Source: the human T2T-CHM13v2.0 reference genome, Homo sapiens. Taken from it: a stretch of 64,000 nt of DNA. Below, in pieces: positions 36,417-49,187 of the stretch. The stretch's first letter is position 1, and every line of letters starts with the position of its first letter. The position numbers and the translations under genes were made by a program. Below the pieces are notes generated by a model. That model searched no databases. It was not told where the DNA came from and was given only the letters and a program-made list of their open reading frames with translations. The DNA is taken from assembly GCF_009914755.1 (NCBI RefSeq), contig NC_060943.1. One strand, written 5' to 3'.

Positions 36417-38890
36417 CCTTCTCGCTCTTTCCGTGGCCCTCTCTTTCTGTCTCTGTCCGTCTGTGTGCGTGCGCCTCGGGACACATGTGCCCTGTGCGCC
36501 GGAGGGTGGGTTTCTTGCACGTCGGCCTTTCTTCTGGTCAGCCTCTCCCCGCGTCTCTGCCTGGGTCGTGTGGCCGGTTGGCAGTCGTCGTCCCGGCGGT
36601 TCCAGTTTGGGGGTCTGTGAAGGCCTGGGCAACGTGGGCATCGGCGTCGGACCCGCAGGGGTTTTCATCCCCTCCCCATCCGGAGCAGCCTCTTTGCTAG
36701 GCTGGATCCAGACGAGCGCTCCCCAACCAAGGACAACGGCCTCCCAGGCGCTCATCGTCCACCCGCAGGAGGGTGCCCGCAGAGCTTCAAGAAGGTGGTT
36801 GTCACGCCTGTCGCCCTCTGCCCTCATCGAGAAATGTAGCCACAGCTCGACGCAGGGACGGAGAAGGAAGCCGGCAAGGGGATGGGGCAAGCATGTCTGT
36901 CTCTCAAAGGCTGGCCTTCCTGGCCGAGTCACCCGTTTGACACTCCTCCCCGGATGCCGGTGGTGGTGGCATGGCCCCCCCGTATCCTGCCTGGGCTCTG
37001 GCCTCTGCTCTGACCTCCCTCTTGCTGTGTCTGCGCCGCCTCTGAGAAGCCTGGCGGCTTCTTAGTGTGGCTCAGTGTCTTCCACAAAGAAGACTTCCCC
37101 GTCCATCAGGGAGAAACCTCGTGGCGGTCCGCGTCATGATTGTTTCCCTCTCCACACCTCTTTCTGGATGATTGGGCAGCTGTGGTGATCCTGGAGCTCT
37201 GGGCTTCCATACCTGTGTGGGACAGGGAAGCTCTCTCGGTCTCCATGGCCCAAGTGATGGCTGCACGCTCGGTCCAGGAAGAGGCGGAGGCAAGCCCACC
37301 GCTCCTGACATTGGCCTTCTAGGAAAGGCGGTGTTGCATCCCACCTGCACTTCCTCTCTGATTCTTGAGGGCCAACCGCTTCCTCCGCTCCTGGGGAAAG
37401 TGCCTTCTAGCACCGAATCTTTTGGCTGCCACGGATGTCAGGGAGCCAACGGGACTGGGTTTTGGCTGGGTGCAGGGGAGGTTGCGTCAGGGGTACCTAG
37501 CCGGCGGCGGGCTGGGGGTGGGGTGTACTTTGTCCAAACCTCTCGGCTCCTCTGGCGGGCCTCCCTGAACGTGGCGTGGACTCGCGCACAGGCCCTGTCT
37601 CGCAGGTTTTCAGGTGCGCTTGGCTTTTCCTCCGCTTTGTGGGGCAGGTCTCCAGTGGCCCCCCGGGCGCACGCCTGGACATCACTGTCCGTCTCGTCGT
37701 CGCCCCCTACGGCCTCAAAGACACACGCTGCCTGCATGTGCTCTTGGGGGACGACAGTGCCACATGTGGACACACTGGCTCCAGCTCGGACTCGCCTCTG
37801 TCTCTCTTTGCCCGTGTCGCCGGAAGCCGCCTCGGGTTGCCGGAGCCCTCGGGCCTTGGAGATGAAGGCAGGCCCCTGCTCCTGCCAGGAAGGAGGGAGG
37901 CAGTGGGCTCATGGGTCGGTGCCTTTGCAGCCGACAGCACGCCTTGCGGCCCTGGGGATCTTCCTGTGCCCCGGCGAGACCCTTTCCGCCTCACTGCATT
38001 GGAACCCCATTCCCGATCACCCGCTGGGATCCATCATCGGACCCCAAGAGGAGTCCGCGCAGCCCAGCCGGCACCCCGAAGCTCCTCCTTCAGTGGGAAC
38101 CGAAGCAGAAGAGCGATCAAGGAGGTCCTCACCACAGGACTCATGGGTCCGACCATGGGTCTCCCGCAGGCCCCTCTGGCAGTCCTCTCCCCACCCGCCG
38201 CCTCGGGCTGCGCCTTCGCCGCCGCCGCCGCAACCTCCAGCACCGCCGCCCCAGGCCCCGCAGCCGCCGCGTCGCCGCCATTTTTTAAAGGGTCCGCAGC
38301 CTGACTCTGCGGAGTAAGGGGGGGTGGAGCGGGGGAGTCGGCCTCGCCAGCGCGCATGCGCGAGGCCCGAGCCGCCGCTTGGGTCACAGTGAAAGCCACC
38401 GTTGCCCGGGGATGGGTCCCTGACACTTGGGGAAGTAGGAGCCCTGTGTGATCGTGCGTCTGAGTCTGGGCTGAGACCAGTCCTGGCCAGGGCAGTTACC
38501 AGGACGGTCTCCGGAGGCCGGGATTCGCGGAGGGTCCAGCAGCAGGAAGAAACCCCAGGAGGAAGAAACCTCAGACAGATCGCCGGCGAGGCAGCGCGGG
38601 ATCCCAGCCTCAGGCGTGCGCGGACGGTGTGCGGGTGAGTCTCCCCAAAAGTGGAGCCCTTGTGATGACGAGCACAGGTCCGCCTGCGTGCCCGTGGGCT
38701 GCTCTCTCACCGGTGGCTCTCAGTCGCGGAGAGCAGAACCCGGCAGCTTCAGGGGCTGCCTGCGGGAGGGTGTTCCCTGCTGTACGTGTGTGTTCGTCAT
38801 GGGTGTGTGTGTGTGTGTGTTGGGGGGGGTGCGTCTGTGTGTGTGCGCGCGCAGTGCCTGTCTGTGTGCCGACTTCTGTCTCTCTCTCAC

Positions 38891-38931
<41 letters not shown>

Positions 38932-41418
38932 CCTTCTCGCTCTTTCCGTGGCCCTCTCTTTCTGTCTCTGTCCGTCTGTGTGTGCGTGCGCCTCGGGACA
39001 CATGTGCCCTGTGCGCCGGAGGGTGGGTTTCTTGCACGTCGGCCTTTCTTCTGGTCAGCCTCTCCCCGCGTCTCTGCCTGGGTCGTGTGGCCGGTTGGCA
39101 GTCGTCGTCCCGGCGGTTCCAGTTTGGGGGTCTGTGAAGGCCTGGGCAACGTGGGCATCGGCGTCGGACCCGCAGGGGTTTTCATCCCCTCCCCATCCGG
39201 AGCAGCCTCTTTGCTAGGCTGGATCCAGACGAGCGCTCCCCAACCAAGGACAACGGCCTCCCAGGCGCTCATCGTCCACCCGCAGGAGGGTGCCCGCAGA
39301 GCTTCAAGAAGGTGGTTGTCACGCCTGTCGCCCTCTGCCCTCATCGAGAAATGTAGCCACAGCTCGACGCAGGGACGGAGAAGGAAGCCGGCAAGGGGAT
39401 GGGGCAAGCATGTCTGTCTCTCAAAGGCTGGCCTTCCTGGCCGAGTCACCCGTTTGACACTCCTCCCCGGATGCCGGTGGTGGTGGCATGGCCCCCCCGT
39501 ATCCTGCCTGGGCTCTGGCCTCTGCTCTGACCTCCCTCTTGCTGTGTCTGCCCCGTCTCTGAGAAGCCTGGCGGCTTCTTAGTGTGGCTCAGTGTCTTCC
39601 ACAAAGAAGACTTCCCCGTCCATCAGGGAGAAACCTCGTGGCGGTCCGCGTCATGCTTGTTTCCCTCTCCACACCTCTTTCTGGATGATTGGGCAGCTGT
39701 GGTGATCCTGGAGCTCTGGGCTTCCATACCTGTGTGGGACAGGGAAGCTCTCTCGGTCTCCATGGCCCAAGTGATGGCTGCACGCTCGGTCCAGGAAGAG
39801 GCGGAGGCAAGCCCACCGCTCCTGACATTGGCCTTCTAGGAAAGGCGGTGTTGCATCCCACCTGCACTTCCTCTCTGATTCTTGAGGGCCAACCGCTTCC
39901 TCCGCTCCTGGGGAAAGTGCCTTCTAGCACCGAATCTTTTGGCTGCCACGGATGTCAGGGAGCCAACGGGACTGGGTTTTGGCTGGGTGCAGGGGAGGTT
40001 GCGTCAGGGGTACCTAGCCGGCGGCGGGCTGGGGGTGGGGTGTACTTTGTCCAAACCTCTCGGCTCCTCTGGCGGGCCTCCCTGAACGTGGCGTGGACTC
40101 GCGCACAGGCCCTGTCTCGCAGGTTTTCAGGTGCGCTTGGCTTTTCCTCCGCTTTGTGGGGCAGGTCTCCAGTGGCCCCCCGGGCGCACGCCTGGACATC
40201 ACTGTCCGTCTCGTCGTCGCCCCCTACGGCCTCAAAGACACACGCTGCCTGCATGTGCTCTTGGGGGACGACAGTGCCACATGTGGACACACTGGCTCCA
40301 GCTCGGACTCGCCTCTGTCTCTCTTTGCCCGTGTCGCCGGAAGCCGCCTCGGGTTGCCGGAGCCCTCGGGCCTTGGAGATGAAGGCAGGCCCCTGCTCCT
40401 GCCAGGAAGGAGGGAGGCAGTGGGCTCATGGGTCGGTGCCTTTGCAGCCGACAGCACGCCTTGCGGCCCTGGGGATCTTCCTGTGCCCCGGCGAGACCCT
40501 TTCCGCCTCACTGCATTGGAACCCCATTCCCGATCACCCGCTGGGATCCATCATCGGACCCCAAGAGGAGTCCGCGCAGCCCAGCCGGCACCCCGAAGCT
40601 CCTCCTTCAGTGGGAACCGAAGCAGAAGAGCGATCAAGGAGGTCCTCACCACAGGACTCATGGGTCCGACCCTGGGTCTCCCGCAGGCCCCTCTGGCAGT
40701 CCTCTCCCCACCCGCCGCCTCGGGCTGCGCCTTCGCCGCCGCCGCCGCAACCTCCAGCACCGCCGCCCCAGGCCCCGCAGCCGCCGCGTCGCCGCCATTT
40801 TTTAAAGGGTCCGCAGCCTGACTCTGCGGAGTAAGGGGGGGTGGAGCGGGGGAGTCGGCCTCGCCAGCGCGCATGCGCGAGGCCCGAGCCGCCGCTTGGG
40901 TCACAGTGAAAGCCACCGTTGCCCGGGGATGGGTCCCTGACACTTGGGGAAGTAGGAGCCCTGTGTGATCGTACGTCTGAGTCTGGGCTGAGACCAGTCC
41001 TGGCCAGGGCAGTTACCAGGACGGTCTCCGGAGGCCGGGATTCGCGGAGGGTCCAGCAGCAGGAAGAAACCCCAGGAGGAAGAAACCTCAGACAGATCGC
41101 CGGCGAGGCAGCGCGGGATCCCAGCCTCAGGCGTGCGCGGACGGTGTGCGGGTGAGTCTCCCCAAAAGTGGAGCCCTTGTGATGACGAGCACAGGTCCGC
41201 CTGCGTGCCCGTGGGCTGCTCTCTCACCGGTGGCTCTCAGTCGCGGAGAGCAGAACCCGGCAGCTTCAGGGGCTGCCTGCGGGAGGGTGTTCCCTGCTGT
41301 ACGTGTGTGTTCGTCATGGGTGTGTGTGTGTGTGTGTTGGGGGGGTGCGTCTGTGTGTGTGTCTGTGTGTGTGCGCGCGCAGTGCCTGTCTGTGTGCCGA
41401 CTTCTGTCTCTCTCTCAC

Positions 41419-41459
<41 letters not shown>

Positions 41460-43944
41460 CCTTCTCGCTCTTTCCGTGGCCCTCTCTTTCTGTCTCTGTC
41501 CGTCTGTGTGCGTGCGCCTCGGGACACATGTGCCCTGTGCGCCGGAGGGTGGGTTTCTTGCACGTCGGCCTTTCTTCTGGTCAGCCTCTCCCCGCGTCTC
41601 TGCCTGGGTCGTGTGGCCGGTTGGCAGTCGTCGTCCCGGCGGTTCCAGTTTGGGGGTCTGTGAAGGCCTGGGCAACGTGGGCATCGGCGTTGGACCCGCA
41701 GGGGTTTTCATCCCCTCCCCATCCGGAGCAGCCTCTTTGCTAGGCTGGATCCAGACGAGCGCTCCCCAACCAAGGACAACGGCCTCCCAGGCGCTCATCG
41801 TCCACCCGCAGGAGGGTGCCCGCAGAGCTTCAAGAAGGTGGTTGTCACGCCTGTCGCCCTCTGCCCTCATCGAGAAATGTAGCCACAGCTCGACGCAGGG
41901 ACGGAGAAGGAAGCCGGCAAGGGGATGGGGCAAGCATGTCTGTCTCTCAAAGGCTGGCCTTCCTGGCCGAGTCACCCGTTTGACACTCCTCCCCGGATGC
42001 CGGTGGTGGTGGCATGGCCCCCCCGTATCCTGCCTGGGCTCTGGCCTCTGCTCTGACCTCCCTCTTGCTGTGTCTGCCCCGTCTCTGAGAAGCCTGGCGG
42101 CTTCTTAGTGTGGCTCAGTGTCTTCCACAAAGAAGACTTCCCCGTCCATCAGGGAGAAACCTCGTGGCGGTCCGCGTCATGATTGTTTCCCTCTCCACAC
42201 CTCTTTCTGGATGATTGGGCAGCTGTGGTGATCCTGGAGCTCTGGGCTTCCATACCTGTGTGGGACAGGGAAGCTCTCTCGGTCTCCATGGCCCAAGTGA
42301 TGGCTGCACGCTCGGTCCAGGAAGAGGCGGAGGCAAGCCCACCGCTCCTGACATTGGCCTTCTAGGAAAGGCGGTGTTGCATCCCACCTGCACTTCCTCT
42401 CTGATTCTTGAGGGCCAACCGCTTCCTCCGCTCCTGGGGAAAGTGCCTTCTAGCACCGAATCTTTTGGCTGCCACGGATGTCAGGGAGCCAACGGGACTG
42501 GGTTTTGGCTGGGTGCAGGGGAGGTTGCGTCAGGGGTACCTAGCCGGCGGCGGGCTGGGGGTGGGGTGTACTTTGTCCAAACCTCTCGGCTCCTCTGGCG
42601 GGCCTCCCTGAACGTGGCGTGGACTCGCGCACAGGCCCTGTCTCGCAGGTTTTCAGGTGCGCTTGGCTTTTCCTCCGCTTTGTGGGGCAGGTCTCCAGTG
42701 GCCCCCCGGGCGCACGCCTGGACATCACTGTCCGTCTCGTCGTCGCCCCCTACGGCCTCAAAGACACACGCTGCCTGCATGTGCTCTTGGGGGACGACAG
42801 TGCCACATGTGGACACACTGGCTCCAGCTCGGACTCGCCTCTGTCTCTCTTTGCCCGTGTCGCCGGAAGCCGCCTCGGGTTGCCGGAGCCCTCGGGCCTT
42901 GGAGATGAAGGCAGGCCCCTGCTCCTGCCAGGAAGGAGGGAGGCAGTGGGCTCATGGGTCGGTGCCTTTGCAGCCGACAGCACGCCTTGCGGCCCTGGGG
43001 ATCTTCCTGTGCCCCGGCGAGACCCTTTCCGCCTCACTGCATTGGAACCCCATTCCCGATCACCCGCTGGGATCCATCATCGGACCCCAAGAGGAGTCCG
43101 CGCAGCCCAGCCGGCACCCCGAAGCTCCTCCTTCAGTGGGAACCGAAGCAGAAGAGCGATCAAGGAGGTCCTCACCACAGGACTCATGGGTCCGACCATG
43201 GGTCTCCCGCAGGCCCCTCTGGCAGTCCTCTCCCCACCCGCCGCCTCGGGCTGCGCCTTCGCCGCCGCCGCCGCAACCTCCAGCACCGCCGCCCCAGGCC
43301 CCGCAGCCGCCGCGTCGCCGCCATTTTTTAAAGGGTCCGCAGCCTGACTCTGCGGAGTAAGGGGGGGTGGAGCGGGGGAGTCGGCCTCGCCAGCGCGCAT
43401 GCGCGAGGCCCGAGCCGCCGCTTGGGTCACAGTGAAAGCCACCGTTGCCCGGGGATGGGTCCCTGACACTTGGGGAAGTAGGAGCCCTGTGTGATCGTAC
43501 GTCTGAGTCTGGGCTGAGACCAGTCCTGGCCAGGGCAGTTACCAGGACGGTCTCCGGAGGCCGGGATTCGCGGAGGGTCCAGCAGCAGGAAGAAACCCCA
43601 GGAGGAAGAAACCTCAGACAGATCGCCGGCGAGGCAGCGCGGGATCCCAGCCTCAGGCGTGCGCGGACGGTGTGCGGGTGAGTCTCCCCAAAAGTGGAGC
43701 CCTTGTGATGACGAGCACAGGTCCGCCTGCGTGCCCGTGGGCTGCTCTCTCACCGGTGGCTCTCAGTCGCGGAGAGCAGAACCCGGCAGCTTCAGGGGCT
43801 GCCTGCGGGAGGGTGTTCCCTGCTGTACGTGTGTGTTCGTCATGGGTGTGTGTGTGTGTGTGTTGGGGGGGTGCGTCTGTGTGTGTGTCTGTGTGTGTGC
43901 GCGCGCAGTGCCTGTCTGTGTGCCGACTTCTGTCTCTCTCTCAC

Positions 43945-43985
<41 letters not shown>

Positions 43986-46470
43986 CCTTCTCGCTCTTTC
44001 CGTGGCCCTCTCTTTCTGTCTCTGTCCGTCTGTGTGCGTGCGCCTCGGGACACATGTGCCCTGTGCGCCGGAGGGTGGGTTTCTTGCACGTCGGCCTTTC
44101 TTCTGGTCAGCCTCTCCCCGCGTCTCTGCCTGGGTCGTGTGGCCGGTTGGCAGTCGTCGTCCCGGCGGTTCCAGTTTGGGGGTCTGTGAAGGCCTGGGCA
44201 ACGTGGGCATCGGCGTCGGACCCGCAGGGGTTTTCATCCCCTCCCCATCCGGAGCAGCCTCTTTGCTAGGCTGGATCCAGACGAGCGCTCCCCAACCAAG
44301 GACAACGGCCTCCCAGGCGCTCATCGTCCACCCGCAGGAGGGTGCCCGCAGAGCTTCAAGAAGGTGGTTGTCACGCCTGTCGCCCTCTGCCCTCATCGAG
44401 AAATGTAGCCACAGCTCGACGCAGGGACGGAGAAGGAAGCCGGCAAGGGGATGGGGCAAGCATGTCTGTCTCTCAAAGGCTGGCCTTCCTGGCCGAGTCA
44501 CCCGTTTGACACTCCTCCCCGGATGCCGGTGGTGGTGGCATGGCCCCCCCGTATCCTGCCTGGGCTCTGGCCTCTGCTCTGACCTCCCTCTTGCTGTGTC
44601 TGCCCCGTCTCTGAGAAGCCTGGCGGCTTCTTAGTGTGGCTCAGTGTCTTCCACAAAGAAGACTTCCCCGTCCATCAGGGAGAAACCTCGTGGCGGTCCG
44701 CGTCATGCTTGTTTCCCTCTCCACACCTCTTTCTGGATGATTGGGCAGCTGTGGTGATCCTGGAGCTCTGGGCTTCCATACCTGTGTGGGACAGGGAAGC
44801 TCTCTCGGTCTCCATGGCCCAAGTGATGGCTGCACGCTCGGTCCAGGAAGAGGCGGAGGCAAGCCCACCGCTCCTGACATTGGCCTTCTAGGAAAGGCGG
44901 TGTTGCATCCCACCTGCACTTCCTCTCTGATTCTTGAGGGCCAACCGCTTCCTCCGCTCCTGGGGAAAGTGCCTTCTAGCACCGAATCTTTTGGCTGCCA
45001 CGGATGTCAGGGAGCCAACGGGACTGGGTTTTGGCTGGGTGCAGGGGAGGTTGCGTCAGGGGTACCTAGCCGGCGGCGGGCTGGGGGTGGGGTGTACTTT
45101 GTCCAAACCTCTCGGCTCCTCTGGCGGGCCTCCCTGAACGTGGCGTGGACTCGCGCACAGGCCCTGTCTCGCAGGTTTTCAGGTGCGCTTGGCTTTTCCT
45201 CCGCTTTGTGGGGCAGGTCTCCAGTGGCCCCCCGGGCGCACGCCTGGACATCACTGTCCGTCTCGTCGTCGCCCCCTACGGCCTCAAAGACACACGCTGC
45301 CTGCATGTGCTCTTGGGGGACGACAGTGCCACATGTGGACACACTGGCTCCAGCTCGGACTCGCCTCTGTCTCTCTTTGCCCGTGTCGCCGGAAGCCGCC
45401 TCGGGTTGCCGGAGCCCTCGGGCCTTGGAGATGAAGGCAGGCCCCTGCTCCTGCCAGGAAGGAGGGAGGCAGTGGGCTCATGGGTCGGTGCCTTTGCAGC
45501 CGACAGCACGCCTTGCGGCCCTGGGGATCTTCCTGTGCCCCGGCGAGACCCTTTCCGCCTCACTGCATTGGAACCCCATTCCCGATCACCCGCTGGGATC
45601 CATCATCGGACCCCAAGAGGAGTCCGCGCAGCCCAGCCGGCACCCCGAAGCTCCTCCTTCAGTGGGAACCGAAGCAGAAGAGCGATCAAGGAGGTCCTCA
45701 CCACAGGACTCATGGGTCCGACCATGGGTCTCCCGCAGGCCCCTCTGGCAGTCCTCTTCCCACCCGCCGCCTCGGGCTGCGCCTTCGCCGCCGCCGCCGC
45801 AACCTCCAGCACCGCCGCCCCAGGCCCCGCAGCCGCCGCGTCGCCGCCATTTTTTAAAGGGTCCGCAGCCTGACTCTGCGGAGTAAGGGGGGGTGGAGCG
45901 GGGGAGTCGGCCTCGCCAGCGCGCATGCGCGAGGCCCGAGCCGCCGCTTGGGTCACAGTGAAAGCCACCGTTGCCCGGGGATGGGTCCCTGACACTTGGG
46001 GAAGTAGGAGCCCTGTGTGATCGTACGTCTGAGTCTGGGCTGAGACCAGTCCTGGCCAGGGCAGTTACCAGGACGGTCTCCGGAGGCCGGGATTCGCGGA
46101 GGGTCCAGCAGCAGGAAGAAACCCCAGGAGGAAGAAACCTCAGACAGATCGCCGGCGAGGCAGCGCGGGATCCCAGCCTCAGGCGTGCGCGGACGGTGTG
46201 CGGGTGAGTCTCCCCAAAAGTGGAGCCCTTGTGATGACGAGCACAGGTCCGCCTGCGTGCCCGTGGGCTGCTCTCTCACCGGTGGCTCTCAGTCGCGGAG
46301 AGCAGAACCCGGCAGCTTCAGGGGCTGCCTGCGGGAGGGTGTTCCCTGCTGTACGTGTGTGTTCGTCATGGGTGTGTGTGTGTGTGTGTTGGGGGGGTGC
46401 GTCTGTGTGTGTGTCTGTGTGTGTGCGCGCGCAGTGCCTGTCTGTGTGCCGACTTCTGTCTCTCTCTCAC

Positions 46471-46515
<45 letters not shown>

Positions 46516-48854
46516 CCTTCTCGCTCTTTCCGTGGCCCTCTCTTTCTGTCTCTGTCCGTCTGTGTGTGCGTGCGCCTCGGGACACATGTGCCCTGTGCGC
46601 CGGAGGGTGGGTTTCTTGCACGTCGGCCTTTCTTCTGGTCAGCCTCTCCCCGCGTCTCTGCCTGGGTCGTGTGGCCGGTTGGCAGTCGTCGTCCCGGCGG
46701 TTCCAGTTTGGGGGTCTGTGAAGGCCTGGGCAACGTGGGCATCGGCGTCGGACCCGCAGGGGTTTTCATCCCCTCCCCATCCGGAGCAGCCTCTTTGCTA
46801 GGCTGGATCCAGACGAGCGCTCCCCAACCAAGGACAACGGCCTCCCAGGCGCTCATCGTCCACCCGCAGGAGGGTGCCCGCAGAGCTTCAAGAAGGTGGT
46901 TGTCACGCCTGTCGCCCTCTGCCCTCATCGAGAAATGTAGCCACAGCTCGACGCAGGGACGGAGAAGGAAGCCGGCAAGGGGATGGGGCAAGCATGTCTG
47001 TCTCTCAAAGGCTGGCCTTCCTGGCCGAGTCACCCGTTTGACACTCCTCCCCGGATGCCGGTGGTGGTGGCATGGCCCCCCCGTATCCTGCCTGGGCTCT
47101 GGCCTCTGCTCTGACCTCCCTCTTGCTGTGTCTGCGCCGCCTCTGAGAAGCCTGGCGGCTTCTTAGTGTGGCTCAGTGTCTTCCACAAAGAAGACTTCCC
47201 CGTCCATCAGGGAGAAACCTCGTGGCGGTCCGCGTCATGATTGTTTCCCTCTCCACACCTCTTTCTGGATGATTGGGCAGCTGTGGTGATCCTGGAGCTC
47301 TGGGCTTCCATACCTGTGTGGGACAGGGAAGCTCTCTCGGTCTCCATGGCCCAAGTGATGGCTGCACGCTCGGTCCAGGAAGAGGCGGAGGCAAGCCCAC
47401 CGCTCCTGACATTGGCCTTCTAGGAAAGGCGGTGTTGCATCCCACCTGCACTTCCTCTCTGATTCTTGAGGGCCAACCGCTTCCTCCGCTCCTGGGGAAA
47501 GTGCCTTCTAGCACCGAATCTTTTGGCTGCCACGGATGTCAGGGAGCCAACGGGACTGGGTTTTGGCTGGGTGCAGGGGAGGTTGCGTCAGGGGTACCTA
47601 GCCGGCGGCGGGCTGGGGGTGGGGTGTACTTTGTCCAAACCTCTCGGCTCCTCTGGCGGGCCTCCCTGAACGTGGCGTGGACTCGCGCACAGGCCCTGTC
47701 TCGCAGGTTTTCAGGTGCGCTTGGCTTTTCCTCCGCTTTGTGGGGCAGGTCTCCAGTGGCCCCCCGGGCGCACGCCTGGACATCACTGTCCGTCTCGTCG
47801 TCGCCCCCTACGGCCTCAAAGACACACGCTGCCTGCATGTGCTCTTGGGGGACGACAGTGCCACATGTGGACACGCTGGCTCCAGCTCGGACTCGCCTCT
47901 GTCTCTCTTTGCCCGTGTCGCCGGAAGCCGCGTCGGGATGCCGGAGCCCTCGGGCCTTGGAGATGAAGGCAGGCCCCTGCTCCTGCCAGGAAGGAGGGAG
48001 GCAGTGGGCTCATGGGTCGGTGCCTTTGCAGCCGACAGCACGCCTTGCGGCCCTGGGGATCTTCCTGTGCCCCGGCGAGACCCTTTCCGCCTCACTGCAT
48101 TGGAACCCCATTCCCGATCACCCGCTGGGATCCATCGTCGGACCCCAAGAGGAGTCCGCGCAGCCCAGCCGGCACCCCGAAGCTCCTCCTTCAGCGGGAA
48201 CGGAAGCAGAAGAGCGATCAAGGAGGTCCTCACCACAGGACTCCTATGGGTCCGACCCTGGGTCTCCCGCAGGCCCCTCTGGCAGTCCTCTTCCCACCCG
48301 TCGCCTCGGGCTGCGCCGCCGCCGCCGCCGCCGCAACCTCCAGCACCGCCGCCCCAGGCCCCGCAGCCGCCGCGTCGCCGCCATTTTTTAAAGGGTCCGC
48401 AGCCTGACTCTGCGGAGTAAGGGGGGGTGGAGCGGGGGGAGTCGGCCTCGCCAGCGCGCAGGCGCGAGGCCCGAGCCGCCGCTTGGGTCACAGTGAAAGC
48501 CACCGTTGCCCGGGGATGGGTCCCTGACACTTGGGGAAGTAGGAGCCCTGTGTGATCGTGCGTCTGAGTCTGGGCTGAGACCAGTCCTGGCCAGGGCAGT
48601 TACCAGGACGGTCTCCGGAGGCCGGGATTCGCGGAGGGTCCAGCAGCAGGAAGAAACCCCAGGAGGAAGAAACCTCAGACAGATCGCCGGCGAGGCAGCG
48701 CGGGATCCCAGCCTCTGGCGTGCGCGGACGGTGTGCGGGTGAGTCTCCCCAAAAGTGGAGCCCTTGTGATGACGAGCACAGGTCCGCCTGTGTGCCCGTG
48801 GGCTGCTCTCTCACCGGTGGCTCGTAGTCGCGTAAAGCAGAAGTAGCAGTTTCA

Positions 48855-49187
<333 letters not shown>

